A stretch of 64,000 nucleotides of DNA, taken from positions 64,001 to 128,000 of IMG/VR virus record IMGVR_UViG_3300035499_000517, one strand, 5' to 3'. Numbering within the stretch: position 1 is the first letter of the stretch; each line of letters starts with the position of its first letter. Positions 9,686-18,400 of the stretch are shown here, one piece after another. The stretch is from a virus (Duplodnaviria; Caudoviricetes). The translations under genes were made by a program, and so were the position numbers. A model generated the notes under the pieces. That model was given only the letters and a program-made list of their open reading frames with translations. It made no database searches and was not told where the DNA came from.

Positions 9686-10894
9686 TTAAAATCCAAATGG
9701 ATCTTCTAAATCACTAAAGGAATCATCCTCTGCGCCCTCTTCGAACGCTGTTGCAGCATTGGTTGCTTCAGCAAACGGATCTTCTGATGACTCTGTAAAA
9801 GAATCATCCTGCATATCTTCGAAGTCCTCTGTTCCCTCACTGAAGAAGTTCTCATCAGAGGTTTCTGTTCCATCAATGGATTCTCCGGCAGCTGCAGCAG
9901 CCTCTGCGAATGCTTCCTCAAGAAAAGCATCATCAAAATCATCTGTAGACTCACTCTCAGCAGATTCAACAACTGGTGCAACCACATGACCCTTTGCTCT
10001 CATAACCTGAGCTTTGAGGACATTCATCATATTCATAATAATGTCAATCTTAATATTGACTTCCTCTTTTGCAAGCTCAGCACCGAAGTTTGCAGCAGCA
10101 TTTGTTGCAGCGGTAGCAGCTGCAGCAGCCTCATCACTACAAGTAAGCTTCAATCTCTCAAGAGCATCTGTTGTGCTCTTCTCCATCTTATCAACATATG
10201 ACGGAAGGTGATTGATCTCTGCATTCAGCTTCGTAAGAAGCGCTGCGATTGTAATTGTTGTTGTGGAAGCTGTTGCACTGATAGCATTTCGGAAATCATC
10301 CCGGAAATCCTCTTTCGTCTTTGAAAGGGTTTTCATGGTATTCTCGGAGAGCATTCCACGCACGGTCTTTGCCAGAATCTTGTCATTCTTAGAACGATAG
10401 GTATGGATAACACCGAGTGGCTTCTTTTCATCCATAACCTGAACTTTCTTATTTGCAAGAATCGGGTTAATCTTAACCTTCTTCTCAGCCTTTGAAAGGA
10501 CATCGCGAGCTTCTTTAGAAGCGATCTTTGCGATAACCTTCGTCTTCTTCTGCGAGAACCACTCCTTGATAGCGGAGATCAGTTTCGCGATCATATTCTT
10601 AAATTTTGCAAGTGCACCCTCTTCGGCAGCCTCTTCCAAATATGCAAGATCTGCATCAGTGCCAGATTCTGTAATACACTTAAGCTCTGCCTTCTTAAGG
10701 TTGATCTCAAGTTCACGATCAACTGATTCTGTATAAGCATCGAGCTTCATCATCATTACATCAAACTTGTGATCCAGTTCAATGCTGTCAATGGCAGCTT
10801 CCTGGAACAAGCCTGAACAGGTATCTGCTACTTCCATCGTATTTGTAGAAGATACCCCATAAATTTCATTCATTAATAAACTCATGGTTTTCAC
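9686..10894 (-). CDS. Putative head/inner-body paralog with acidic C-terminal tail
   Basis: YTES, YLEEA, FTES, FSEG, FEEG motifs; ALAKFKNMIAKLISAIKEWF. Confidence 0.75.
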   Translation of the reverse strand: MKTMSLLMNEIYGVSSTNTMEVADTCSGLFQEAAIDSIELDHKFDVMMMKLDAYTESVDRELEINLKKAELKCITESGTDADLAYLEEAAEEGALAKFKNMIAKLISAIKEWFSQKKTKVIAKIASKEARDVLSKAEKKVKINPILANKKVQVMDEKKPLGVIHTYRSKNDKILAKTVRGMLSENTMKTLSKTKEDFRDDFRNAISATASTTTITIAALLTKLNAEINHLPSYVDKMEKSTTDALERLKLTCSDEAAAAATAATNAAANFGAELAKEEVNIKIDIIMNMMNVLKAQVMRAKGHVVAPVVESAESESTDDFDDAFLEEAFAEAAAAAGESIDGTETSDENFFSEGTEDFEDMQDDSFTESSEDPFAEATNAATAFEEGAEDDSFSDLEDPFGF

Positions 10895-10907
10895 CTCTTT
10901 CTTTCAT

Positions 10908-12038
10908 TTAGATCAAGTCAGCAAGCATACCTGCGAGCTCCTCTTCATCAGCTGATTCTGTATATTCCTCAGAAGCAAGAAGTTCTGCGAAATCTTTGGT
11001 CATACCATATTCTTCAGCACCCTCTTCCTGAGCACCTCCGGTGAATTTAGAAAGTGCCCCTTGTACGGCGCCAACAATAGCATTTCCAACTGATTTTGCA
11101 GCACCGGTAGTAGTATCAGCTGCAGCTTTCACCGCTTTACCACCTTTTTGAACATTCTTGCTAATTTTCTCAGCTTGCTTGGCTGCTTTTCCACTGAGTT
11201 CAGTGGCAGCTTTTCCGGCCTTGTCAATTCCTTCAGATGCTTTCTTTGTAAGGTCATCAAAGGATGGTGCATTCTTAAGGTGATTCCGGCATTCGTTAAT
11301 CTTCTTTGTAAAGAAGCTTACGATTCCACCACCTTCACCGGAAACATCAGCATCCTGATTGTTGTTCTTTCCAAATTTTGATTTGATGCTGTTGGCTCCA
11401 TTTTTCACCTGATCACAAAGACTGCTAAGGAATTTAAGATGACCATTAATTTCAGAACCTTTCATCTTCTGAACGGTTTCACCGGAAGATGATTGTTCTC
11501 CATCATTTCCACCTTTGGCATTCTTTATTTTATTGATAATGAATTTACCACCAACGATAACAACTGTCCCGAGCACGAGACCGGTAAGAATATTCTTCAC
11601 AGACTTTAAAGCATTGATAGCAGCTTTGACCGGTGTTGCAAAGAAATTCTTTACAGCTGAAGCAGCCTGTTTCAAACCAGCAATAAATTTATTGGTATTT
11701 GAACTTACTGCATACTCAGCATCATCCTGCTTCTGACCGATTCCAAGAGCCTTTTTAATCTTATCAACGAACTGGGTAATCTTATCCCAAATAGTTGCAA
11801 GAAGGCCCTTCTGCTTATCATCTGTCTGTTCCTGTGCATCCTCATAGAAATCCATAAGGGTGCAAGCATCTCCACCTTCCATAACGCAGCGGAGTTCTGC
11901 TTCACGTAAATTTATCTCTCTGGACTCCATGATAGCTTTATATGCTAACAGTGCTCTATCCAGCGAAATCTCAGCGCTTTCCAGCGCAATCATGTCCTGA
12001 CGCTCTTCGTCAGACTCATAAAATGCGTATAATTCCAT
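10908..12038 (-). CDS. Putative head/inner-body paralog with hydrophobic segment
   Basis: REINLREAELRC matches RELEINLKKAELKC of the neighbouring gene; GLLATIWDKITQFVDKIKKAL; ILTGLVLGTVVIVGG. Confidence 0.75.
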   Translation of the reverse strand: MELYAFYESDEERQDMIALESAEISLDRALLAYKAIMESREINLREAELRCVMEGGDACTLMDFYEDAQEQTDDKQKGLLATIWDKITQFVDKIKKALGIGQKQDDAEYAVSSNTNKFIAGLKQAASAVKNFFATPVKAAINALKSVKNILTGLVLGTVVIVGGKFIINKIKNAKGGNDGEQSSSGETVQKMKGSEINGHLKFLSSLCDQVKNGANSIKSKFGKNNNQDADVSGEGGGIVSFFTKKINECRNHLKNAPSFDDLTKKASEGIDKAGKAATELSGKAAKQAEKISKNVQKGGKAVKAAADTTTGAAKSVGNAIVGAVQGALSKFTGGAQEEGAEEYGMTKDFAELLASEEYTESADEEELAGMLADLI

Positions 12039-12053
12039 TTTTATATCACCTCA

Positions 12054-12917
12054 CTACTTCGCATGTTTAAGTGCACGATTTACTTCAGCATCTAAAGTAT
12101 GTGCCATAGTAGTCCAGCCTTTTACCATACTATGTAATGTACTAGATAATTTCGTCATTCCACGGTATGCTTCAGCGTTTGCACTCTTTCCCTTTGTCTG
12201 TTCGGCTTTTGCTTTAAGCCTTTCAGCTTTCTTTGCTTCTTTCTTAGCCTGTTTCTCAGCCTTCATCTGCTTTTTATAAGCAACTTCATCACTTTTGATA
12301 CCTCTAAGAGTACTCTGCTCTTCAGCAGCATATTTATCCAAAAGCTTATTAGCATCCTCAACGATTTTCTCAGAATCATTGATTTTCTGGTATGCTTTAT
12401 TTCTGGCAGAATTGATGATAGCTGTAGAAACAATTGCTTTTCCAACAGGTATTACCTTATCCCGATTATTGTGGATCTTTTCCTGAATATTGTCACAAAA
12501 AGCAGCAACATCCTTAGCCGGAAAACTTGTGGCAGCAGCAATCTTTGAGACGATCTTGCGAGCAGCTAAATACTCCTCGTCGATCTCTTTCTGCATCTCC
12601 TGGACATTCAATTGAATTTCCAATCTTGCTGTATCGCTATTCATATACTGAGATTCGGTAAGTTTATTTTTACTTATATTTGCTTTAAAAAGCTTAATCA
12701 TGTCCTTGATATTCTGTAAAATCTGACGTATCTTGGCAATGATTGTTGATCCCAAACTTTTCTTTGCGGAATCCGTGGAAGATGATCCTTCATCACCATC
12801 CTCTGTATAACAGTACATATTGATCAGATTATAAGCCTGATGACTCATAAGATCAACCTTTAAGTTAGACTGTCTAAGAAGGATTTCTCCACCGGTCACA
12901 TCATCAAAAAGAGTCAT
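12054..12917 (-). CDS. Putative head/inner-body paralog
   Basis: YTED; STIIAKIRQILQNIKDMIKLF. Confidence 0.7.
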   Translation of the reverse strand: MTLFDDVTGGEILLRQSNLKVDLMSHQAYNLINMYCYTEDGDEGSSSTDSAKKSLGSTIIAKIRQILQNIKDMIKLFKANISKNKLTESQYMNSDTARLEIQLNVQEMQKEIDEEYLAARKIVSKIAAATSFPAKDVAAFCDNIQEKIHNNRDKVIPVGKAIVSTAIINSARNKAYQKINDSEKIVEDANKLLDKYAAEEQSTLRGIKSDEVAYKKQMKAEKQAKKEAKKAERLKAKAEQTKGKSANAEAYRGMTKLSSTLHSMVKGWTTMAHTLDAEVNRALKHAK

Positions 12918-12954
12918 AATGATTAACTTCCTCCTTTCCGAAAGTCTTCAACCT

Positions 12955-12966
12955 TAATGATTTGTT
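12955..12966 (-). promoter_or_regulatory. Putative late promoter AACA-N6-TA
   Basis: Minus strand AACAAATCATTA. Confidence 0.65.
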
Positions 12967-12974
12967 TCACGGTC

Positions 12975-13640
12975 CTAAATTAACTTGAAGTCTCCGCTTA
13001 TCGGAATCAAGTCTTTTCTTCCATCTTTTACAGCAATCAGTTTTGACATAGCATCAAAGAATTTGGTTGCAATTGTAGTGATGAAAATCTCTGTGGAATG
13101 CTTGTAAAAGGCAACTGTTACCTTTACACGTTCGGAATCTACTTCCTCATTCTCACCAGAATACTTGATAAAGTTGTCTAAGACCTCATCAATAAAGGTT
13201 ACTAATCGAACCATAAGTTCGACATTTTTCAGTGCTTCCGGAACAACCATCTTTACCTCAGGGGCATTAATAGTTTTATTCAGGAAGTTTTGATCTGCCT
13301 CTTCGGCCTGTTTCATAAGTCCCAAGAACTTGTCGAGATTATCAACTCGTTCGTTTCGGATACTCTGTAAGGAGGTTATAAAGCGAACCATATCATTATG
13401 GTATTCTTCATAAGCGTCCATCATCTGTACCAGATTCTGTACAACTACGAAGGTATACTTCCCTTCTCTTTCTGAGTAAGGAAACAACTCTAAAATCTCC
13501 TTCTTGTACTCTACTGCGAATTTCTTTAATGCATGTTGAACACCACGAAGTTTATCATGATTAGTCGCTTTATCCACTTCATCATGCGTGCAGCACTCTG
13601 TAAATACAGATAAAAACTCGCTCATATCATATTTATTCAT
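12975..13640 (-). CDS. Hypothetical helical protein in late operon
   Basis: 221 aa; SD AGGAGG. Confidence 0.7.
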   Translation of the reverse strand: MNKYDMSEFLSVFTECCTHDEVDKATNHDKLRGVQHALKKFAVEYKKEILELFPYSEREGKYTFVVVQNLVQMMDAYEEYHNDMVRFITSLQSIRNERVDNLDKFLGLMKQAEEADQNFLNKTINAPEVKMVVPEALKNVELMVRLVTFIDEVLDNFIKYSGENEEVDSERVKVTVAFYKHSTEIFITTIATKFFDAMSKLIAVKDGRKDLIPISGDFKLI

Positions 13641-13658
13641 GCGCCTCTTTCACCTCCT

Positions 13659-14657
13659 TTATACAAGACCAATATCGGTATCGTTAACGGAATCACGCAT
13701 AGAATCCATTGTCATAGTACGATCTTCTTCGGAAACTGTTCGGTTTCCAATTTCTTCAGCCTTTACAGATTCCACTCTTAACTTCTCAGCTAATCGTAAG
13801 AACTTCAGGCGAAGTGCTTCTTGTTTCTTTAAAATGCTTTCAGTCTTTTCTTTGCCAACAACTTTTTCTCTTGCCTGGACATTCGACTTATTAAGCTCTA
13901 AGAAGTATGCCTGTAACTCAAGATCGCGGGCAAGTCTACCACGAAGATCCTGAATTGCGTAAATGATTCTTCTTGTTACCGGAACGATTGTAAATACAAC
14001 AGTTCCAACGATTGCAATGGATCCAACAGCGAATGCATCCAGTACCATATTTTCCTGGCCACTCTTTAAAGTAGTAGAAAGATAAGTCTGATATTTTCCA
14101 GAAGCAACGACTTTGTTGAATTCCTTTAACTGCTGTAAGAAGAACTCATCTGCACGATATTTCGTATTCTTTAAGTTTACACTAAGTTTCTGTGAAGAAG
14201 GTGTTTTTACAAAATCTCCAATCTGGAAGAGTAACGCTGTGGTTGCTTCTACACAAGCATACACAAAGCTGTTGTACTCAAGAACCAGAACCTGGATCTT
14301 TTTGCTATAAGCCTTCTCATAATAAGTTGCATTAGTTGCAATATTACCTATTGCCTTTGTAACAGTATTTGCATAGGATGCAAGATCCTCATAGGCTTTA
14401 TCCTCAGTGGATAATTCCTTTATTGCTGCTAAGGTATCAATCATGGTCTTATAACCAGAATATTTGGTAATATTTCCGCGTGACTTCGGAATATCTCCAA
14501 AGTCTACATGAGATTTATCAATGATACTCTGATAAAGAGTAGCCATCGTTTTTCTTGTTTTAGGGGATTCTGCATCTTCCAAAACGGCACGTACCTCTCG
14601 TGGTGAGCTGTCTGTTCCATAACAGAGAATGTCTACAGTTGGTTTTAAGAAATCCAT
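13659..14657 (-). CDS. Putative virion structural protein with single hydrophobic segment
   Basis: 332 aa; AFAVGSIAIVGTVVFTIVPV; late operon. Confidence 0.7.
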   Translation of the reverse strand: MDFLKPTVDILCYGTDSSPREVRAVLEDAESPKTRKTMATLYQSIIDKSHVDFGDIPKSRGNITKYSGYKTMIDTLAAIKELSTEDKAYEDLASYANTVTKAIGNIATNATYYEKAYSKKIQVLVLEYNSFVYACVEATTALLFQIGDFVKTPSSQKLSVNLKNTKYRADEFFLQQLKEFNKVVASGKYQTYLSTTLKSGQENMVLDAFAVGSIAIVGTVVFTIVPVTRRIIYAIQDLRGRLARDLELQAYFLELNKSNVQAREKVVGKEKTESILKKQEALRLKFLRLAEKLRVESVKAEEIGNRTVSEEDRTMTMDSMRDSVNDTDIGLV

Positions 14658-14678
14658 AACTCTTCATACCCCCTTTCT

Positions 14679-16091
14679 TTATATTTTATCAGCTTTTACG
14701 AATGTATAATATGGACGTAAGTTACTAATCAAATCTTCTGAGGTAACTTGTGATACGTCCGTTGTCACAAAGGAATTTAAAAATTCCTGTGATTTTAAAG
14801 TGTTTACACTCCCAGGTATTACTAAAGAGTCAATCTTTGTGGAGCGTGTAACACGAACTACTGTCACTGAAATATTGACGTTTGTCTTTCCAATGATACC
14901 TCCAAGAAGATCAATTTTGGAACTGATTCCAGATATGATATTCTTTGGATATTTTGAGTCAATGAGTTTTCCGTAAATAATTGCGGAAGTTTTCTTTTTA
15001 TCGAAATTATGAATGATTGGAACAGAACCATCATAGATTGTGCAATGGTCAATTGTAAATCCATAATTCTTTCCGGTTTTCTTATAGAGCGTTGCTCCAT
15101 AAAGTTGTCCACCAAAAATGGAACAAGCATCTGTTCCATCAATTGTAACGACGCCTGCCTGTACGCATTTGTCGAAAATTCTTGGTTTATTTTCATGGAC
15201 TTTCTTAATCATCTTAGAGGAAAGTCCGACGTATTCCACTAACCCACCAACAATAATTTTACCATTTGCTTCGGTTGCAAGTGCTCGAAGAGATGCTCTG
15301 TTGATACAATCAACAAATGAGCAGTTAATTGCGACACAACCTAAGGAAGCAATCTCCTGTCCTAATATAGAACCATTTATTGCAATATTGATAAAGGTTG
15401 AATCTTCTGCATAACCAAATAAGGTAGAGAACGCGATCTGTCTTCTGTCTAAGGAACCAATCTGCGCTCCTTCAATGGATAAATTCTTAATGGTAGCATT
15501 ATTCAGCGTTCTAAAAATACCAGTAAACCGCTGATTATCGAGCATGTTTGTATTGGTTATTTTCAAACCATATATGACGTGGTTTCCACCATCTAAGGTA
15601 CCAGAAAAAGATTTCTCTTCACTGAAATGAACCCGGAAGTAAAGATCCATTCCATCGTCTTCAATGGTCTCAATTTCATACCCCTCACCAATAGGATTCC
15701 ACTCCTCTCCACCGAGGTTAATATTTGATGTCAAATGAATGACTTTTCCATCAAATGTGTATCCGGATTCAACTAACTCCTTTAATCCAGCGAATTGCTC
15801 TGCATTATGAATTTGATAATCCGTAGCAGATTGATCGTTAAACCAAGAAGTATCAACGTGACGTCCGTCCCAACGCAAAATGGACAAATCCTGATCCTGG
15901 AAGTTCGATCTGCGATAGATCAAAACCTCTGATAAGTCATTCTTGTTCGGTAATGTAATATACTCTCCTCTTTTTAAAGAGTGCGCGAGTTCTATCGCGT
16001 CTTCGGAGCGTTCCAACACATTGCTCACAGGAATATTCCCAGGATCGATATTTAAATCTGCTAAGTAATGGGTTGTTTGATTGGTGATCAT
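14679..16091 (-). CDS. GLUG-motif-like / beta-helix surface-protein-like domain protein
   Basis: YQIHNAEQFAGL...IHLTSNINLGGEEWNPIG...FSGTLDGGNHVIYGL...ATIKNLSI pattern typical of GLUG-associated domains. Confidence 0.65.
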   Translation of the reverse strand: MITNQTTHYLADLNIDPGNIPVSNVLERSEDAIELAHSLKRGEYITLPNKNDLSEVLIYRRSNFQDQDLSILRWDGRHVDTSWFNDQSATDYQIHNAEQFAGLKELVESGYTFDGKVIHLTSNINLGGEEWNPIGEGYEIETIEDDGMDLYFRVHFSEEKSFSGTLDGGNHVIYGLKITNTNMLDNQRFTGIFRTLNNATIKNLSIEGAQIGSLDRRQIAFSTLFGYAEDSTFINIAINGSILGQEIASLGCVAINCSFVDCINRASLRALATEANGKIIVGGLVEYVGLSSKMIKKVHENKPRIFDKCVQAGVVTIDGTDACSIFGGQLYGATLYKKTGKNYGFTIDHCTIYDGSVPIIHNFDKKKTSAIIYGKLIDSKYPKNIISGISSKIDLLGGIIGKTNVNISVTVVRVTRSTKIDSLVIPGSVNTLKSQEFLNSFVTTDVSQVTSEDLISNLRPYYTFVKADKI

Positions 16092-16115
16092 AGTATTTCA
16101 ATACCTCCTATTCTT

Positions 16116-17450
16116 TTACATTCCAGTTCCAAGCATCCGCGTCAATTCCTTTCCGAGTTTGTTGGAATTCATGGTTACTTCTCGTTCCAGCATGTCTAAC
16201 GAATAGGTCTGATAATCTGCTTGTCCATCTACTAGCATATCCACGGTGCGATTGACATCATCAATGATGACAAGACACATTAAAAACAGCTCTTCCATAA
16301 TCTTGTGACCAAAGGTGATATTCTTAAGATCATATCCCCAGTTGTCACGGATACTTGCGTAAGTTGCTGTTGAAAGAATAATAGTTGCAAAAGGAGCCTG
16401 ACGGTTTACACCATGGGTTCCAACCTTAATCCCTTTCTTTTTCAGTCTTCGCATAGAAGCGATAAACTTTCCGGTCTTATCGGTTTTATTTGCAACATCG
16501 AAATTGATGTCATCCAATTTTAAGATAATATCTTTTACAAGAGAAATCTCTCCTGTTGTCCAACGAATAAAGTTAAACATCGGATTCTTATTCTGTAAAA
16601 GATATACGATATTTTTCTCAAGGACCTTTGTATCTGCCAAATGCATATTGGTCTTTACACCAATGGTGTAATTGATCCACTGAGAAAATGAAGAGTCCCC
16701 ACGCCCAGCTAAAAGACGAAGATCAATCATATACGGCTGCATGTCATTTGCTTTCTTGCAATCACCCTCTGTAAGCCGCGGTGCTCTCGTATCTTTCTGA
16801 GAACGTAGGTGTTCATTATTTCTACGATCTATTTCGTTATTTGCGGTATTTGCAAGCAAATCGTCAAATAACTTGTCAACATCACCAGTCGCTTCTGTAT
16901 AAGAATTAAGTCCAGTTGTGTTGACTCCTTCTAAATAAGGTTTTTGTCCCTCTTTTTGTAAGCGCATCATTGTTGCACTTGCTCGTGTACCAGGTGTGAA
17001 CAGCGCAGATACGCGGCCATCTTCTCCAACGGATTCTGTAAATAACATTTCAGAATCACCATAAAGAGGTTCCAATGATTCATCGAAGCTCTCTAAGCAG
17101 TACTCATCCACGGAGTCTGCGTCATCAGCAGATTCAAGCTGATATTTTGGCTGATACTTCGCGACGAATTGTCTCGGGTTTTTAATGTAATTCAGATCTA
17201 TGAAGCCAATGCTGGATAAATAAATCTGTGTCCATGATGCATACACACGATCCAGATTTCGCACGGTAGTAACAGCGAGTTCCACGGGAACCGTACTGTC
17301 AACGTATGCAGGAAATTGGAAAGATTGTTCGTTTGCGCCACGCGCTACTGATCGGGTATTGAAGTTATCGACTTTACCACCGAGCTCAGCTGCAGCTTGT
17401 AATGCGCTTTTGATATTTTCAATGATATTAAAACCCATTCTTCCTGACAC
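16116..17450 (-). CDS. Putative virion structural protein
   Basis: 444 aa; first gene after late promoter; LES/FTES/YTEA motifs. Confidence 0.7.
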   Translation of the reverse strand: MSGRMGFNIIENIKSALQAAAELGGKVDNFNTRSVARGANEQSFQFPAYVDSTVPVELAVTTVRNLDRVYASWTQIYLSSIGFIDLNYIKNPRQFVAKYQPKYQLESADDADSVDEYCLESFDESLEPLYGDSEMLFTESVGEDGRVSALFTPGTRASATMMRLQKEGQKPYLEGVNTTGLNSYTEATGDVDKLFDDLLANTANNEIDRRNNEHLRSQKDTRAPRLTEGDCKKANDMQPYMIDLRLLAGRGDSSFSQWINYTIGVKTNMHLADTKVLEKNIVYLLQNKNPMFNFIRWTTGEISLVKDIILKLDDINFDVANKTDKTGKFIASMRRLKKKGIKVGTHGVNRQAPFATIILSTATYASIRDNWGYDLKNITFGHKIMEELFLMCLVIIDDVNRTVDMLVDGQADYQTYSLDMLEREVTMNSNKLGKELTRMLGTGM

Positions 17451-17475
17451 TCCTTTCCTTTATACTTTTCGATTT

Positions 17476-17487
17476 TAATAGATTGTT
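17476..17487 (-). promoter_or_regulatory. Putative late promoter AACA-N6-TA
   Basis: Minus strand AACAATCTATTA. Confidence 0.65.
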
Positions 17488-17537
17488 TTTTGTGAGGTTT
17501 CCAAGGGTTTAAGATTTCATGCAAAATTCAACTTGAA

Positions 17538-17556
17538 TTTCACTTATATAATATCT
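17538..17556 (+). promoter_or_regulatory. Putative early promoter motif
   Basis: TTTCACTTATATAATATCT. Confidence 0.75.
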
Positions 17557-17671
17557 ATGTGAATAGATAAATGGTTAATAGATAGATAATGGATATGTTT
17601 TTTCTCCTTATAAATTAGGATGCTTTCTATTACTATGACTTAATCGAAAGAGAAGAAAGGAAGGACTTAAT

Positions 17672-17932
17672 ATGGGAAGAAAACCAAGAAGAAAAAAGAA
17701 GGGGAGAATTGCAAAAGCAGTTGGAATAGCAATATTACTTGCTATGCTTTTTATTTGTGTAGCAGATTTTACATTCTTTATCTGTTTAGCACGAGTTGTG
17801 CGAACATTAGAAGATGCTGCCATTATGATCGTGCTTTTAATGATTATGATCTTAGCATTCTCTGTACTGATGATCGTTTTAAGTTTCTTTTTAAAGAATT
17901 ATTATAAGAAAGAGGAGGATAAGAAAAAATGA
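17672..17932 (+). CDS. Small two-TM membrane protein
   Basis: Basic N-terminus, two hydrophobic helices, SD AAGGA. Confidence 0.7.
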   Translation: MGRKPRRKKKGRIAKAVGIAILLAMLFICVADFTFFICLARVVRTLEDAAIMIVLLMIMILAFSVLMIVLSFFLKNYYKKEEDKKK

Positions 17933-18132
17933 ATAATGGAGGAAATTCGCTTTTAGACTATTTGATTTGTATATTAGCGATTTTTATAGACATCGGGTTC
18001 TTTGGACTCGGTACTTATTGTGTAATGCATAGTGAAGTCGTTTTTGGAATCATATCGTATGTATTGATGTGGATATTCACACAAATTGTAATTAAAGTCT
18101 GGGACAAGTGTAGAGAAGACGATATGATCTAA
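17929..18132 (+). CDS. Small two-TM membrane protein
   Basis: ATGA overlap with previous gene; SD GAGGAGG. Confidence 0.7.
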   Translation: MNNGGNSLLDYLICILAIFIDIGFFGLGTYCVMHSEVVFGIISYVLMWIFTQIVIKVWDKCREDDMI

Positions 18133-18151
18133 TTGCTATAAGCAATATTAA

Positions 18152-18170
18152 TTTTACTTATATATTATCT
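18152..18170 (+). promoter_or_regulatory. Putative early promoter motif
   Basis: TTTTACTTATATATTATCT. Confidence 0.7.
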
Positions 18171-18190
18171 ATTTAATAAGAGAAAGGAAA

Positions 18191-18400
18191 ATGTGTTTTA
18201 TGAGTCAAAATATCAAACGCATAATTGGAATTATATGTCTTCTCTTAATCGTAGTATTGATAGAGTTGGAAGATGTAATTAATATTTTAGGAAACGATAT
18301 TGCAAAATTACTTCCGTTAATTCCAGCGGCTATCATGATCGTGGTTTGTGTTAGAGAAAACAAGAAGGAGGACGAGGATGACAATTCAGGAGCTAATTAA
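18191..18400 (+). CDS. Small two-TM membrane protein
   Basis: Two hydrophobic segments; SD AAGGA. Confidence 0.65.
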   Translation: MCFMSQNIKRIIGIICLLLIVVLIELEDVINILGNDIAKLLPLIPAAIMIVVCVRENKKEDEDDNSGAN

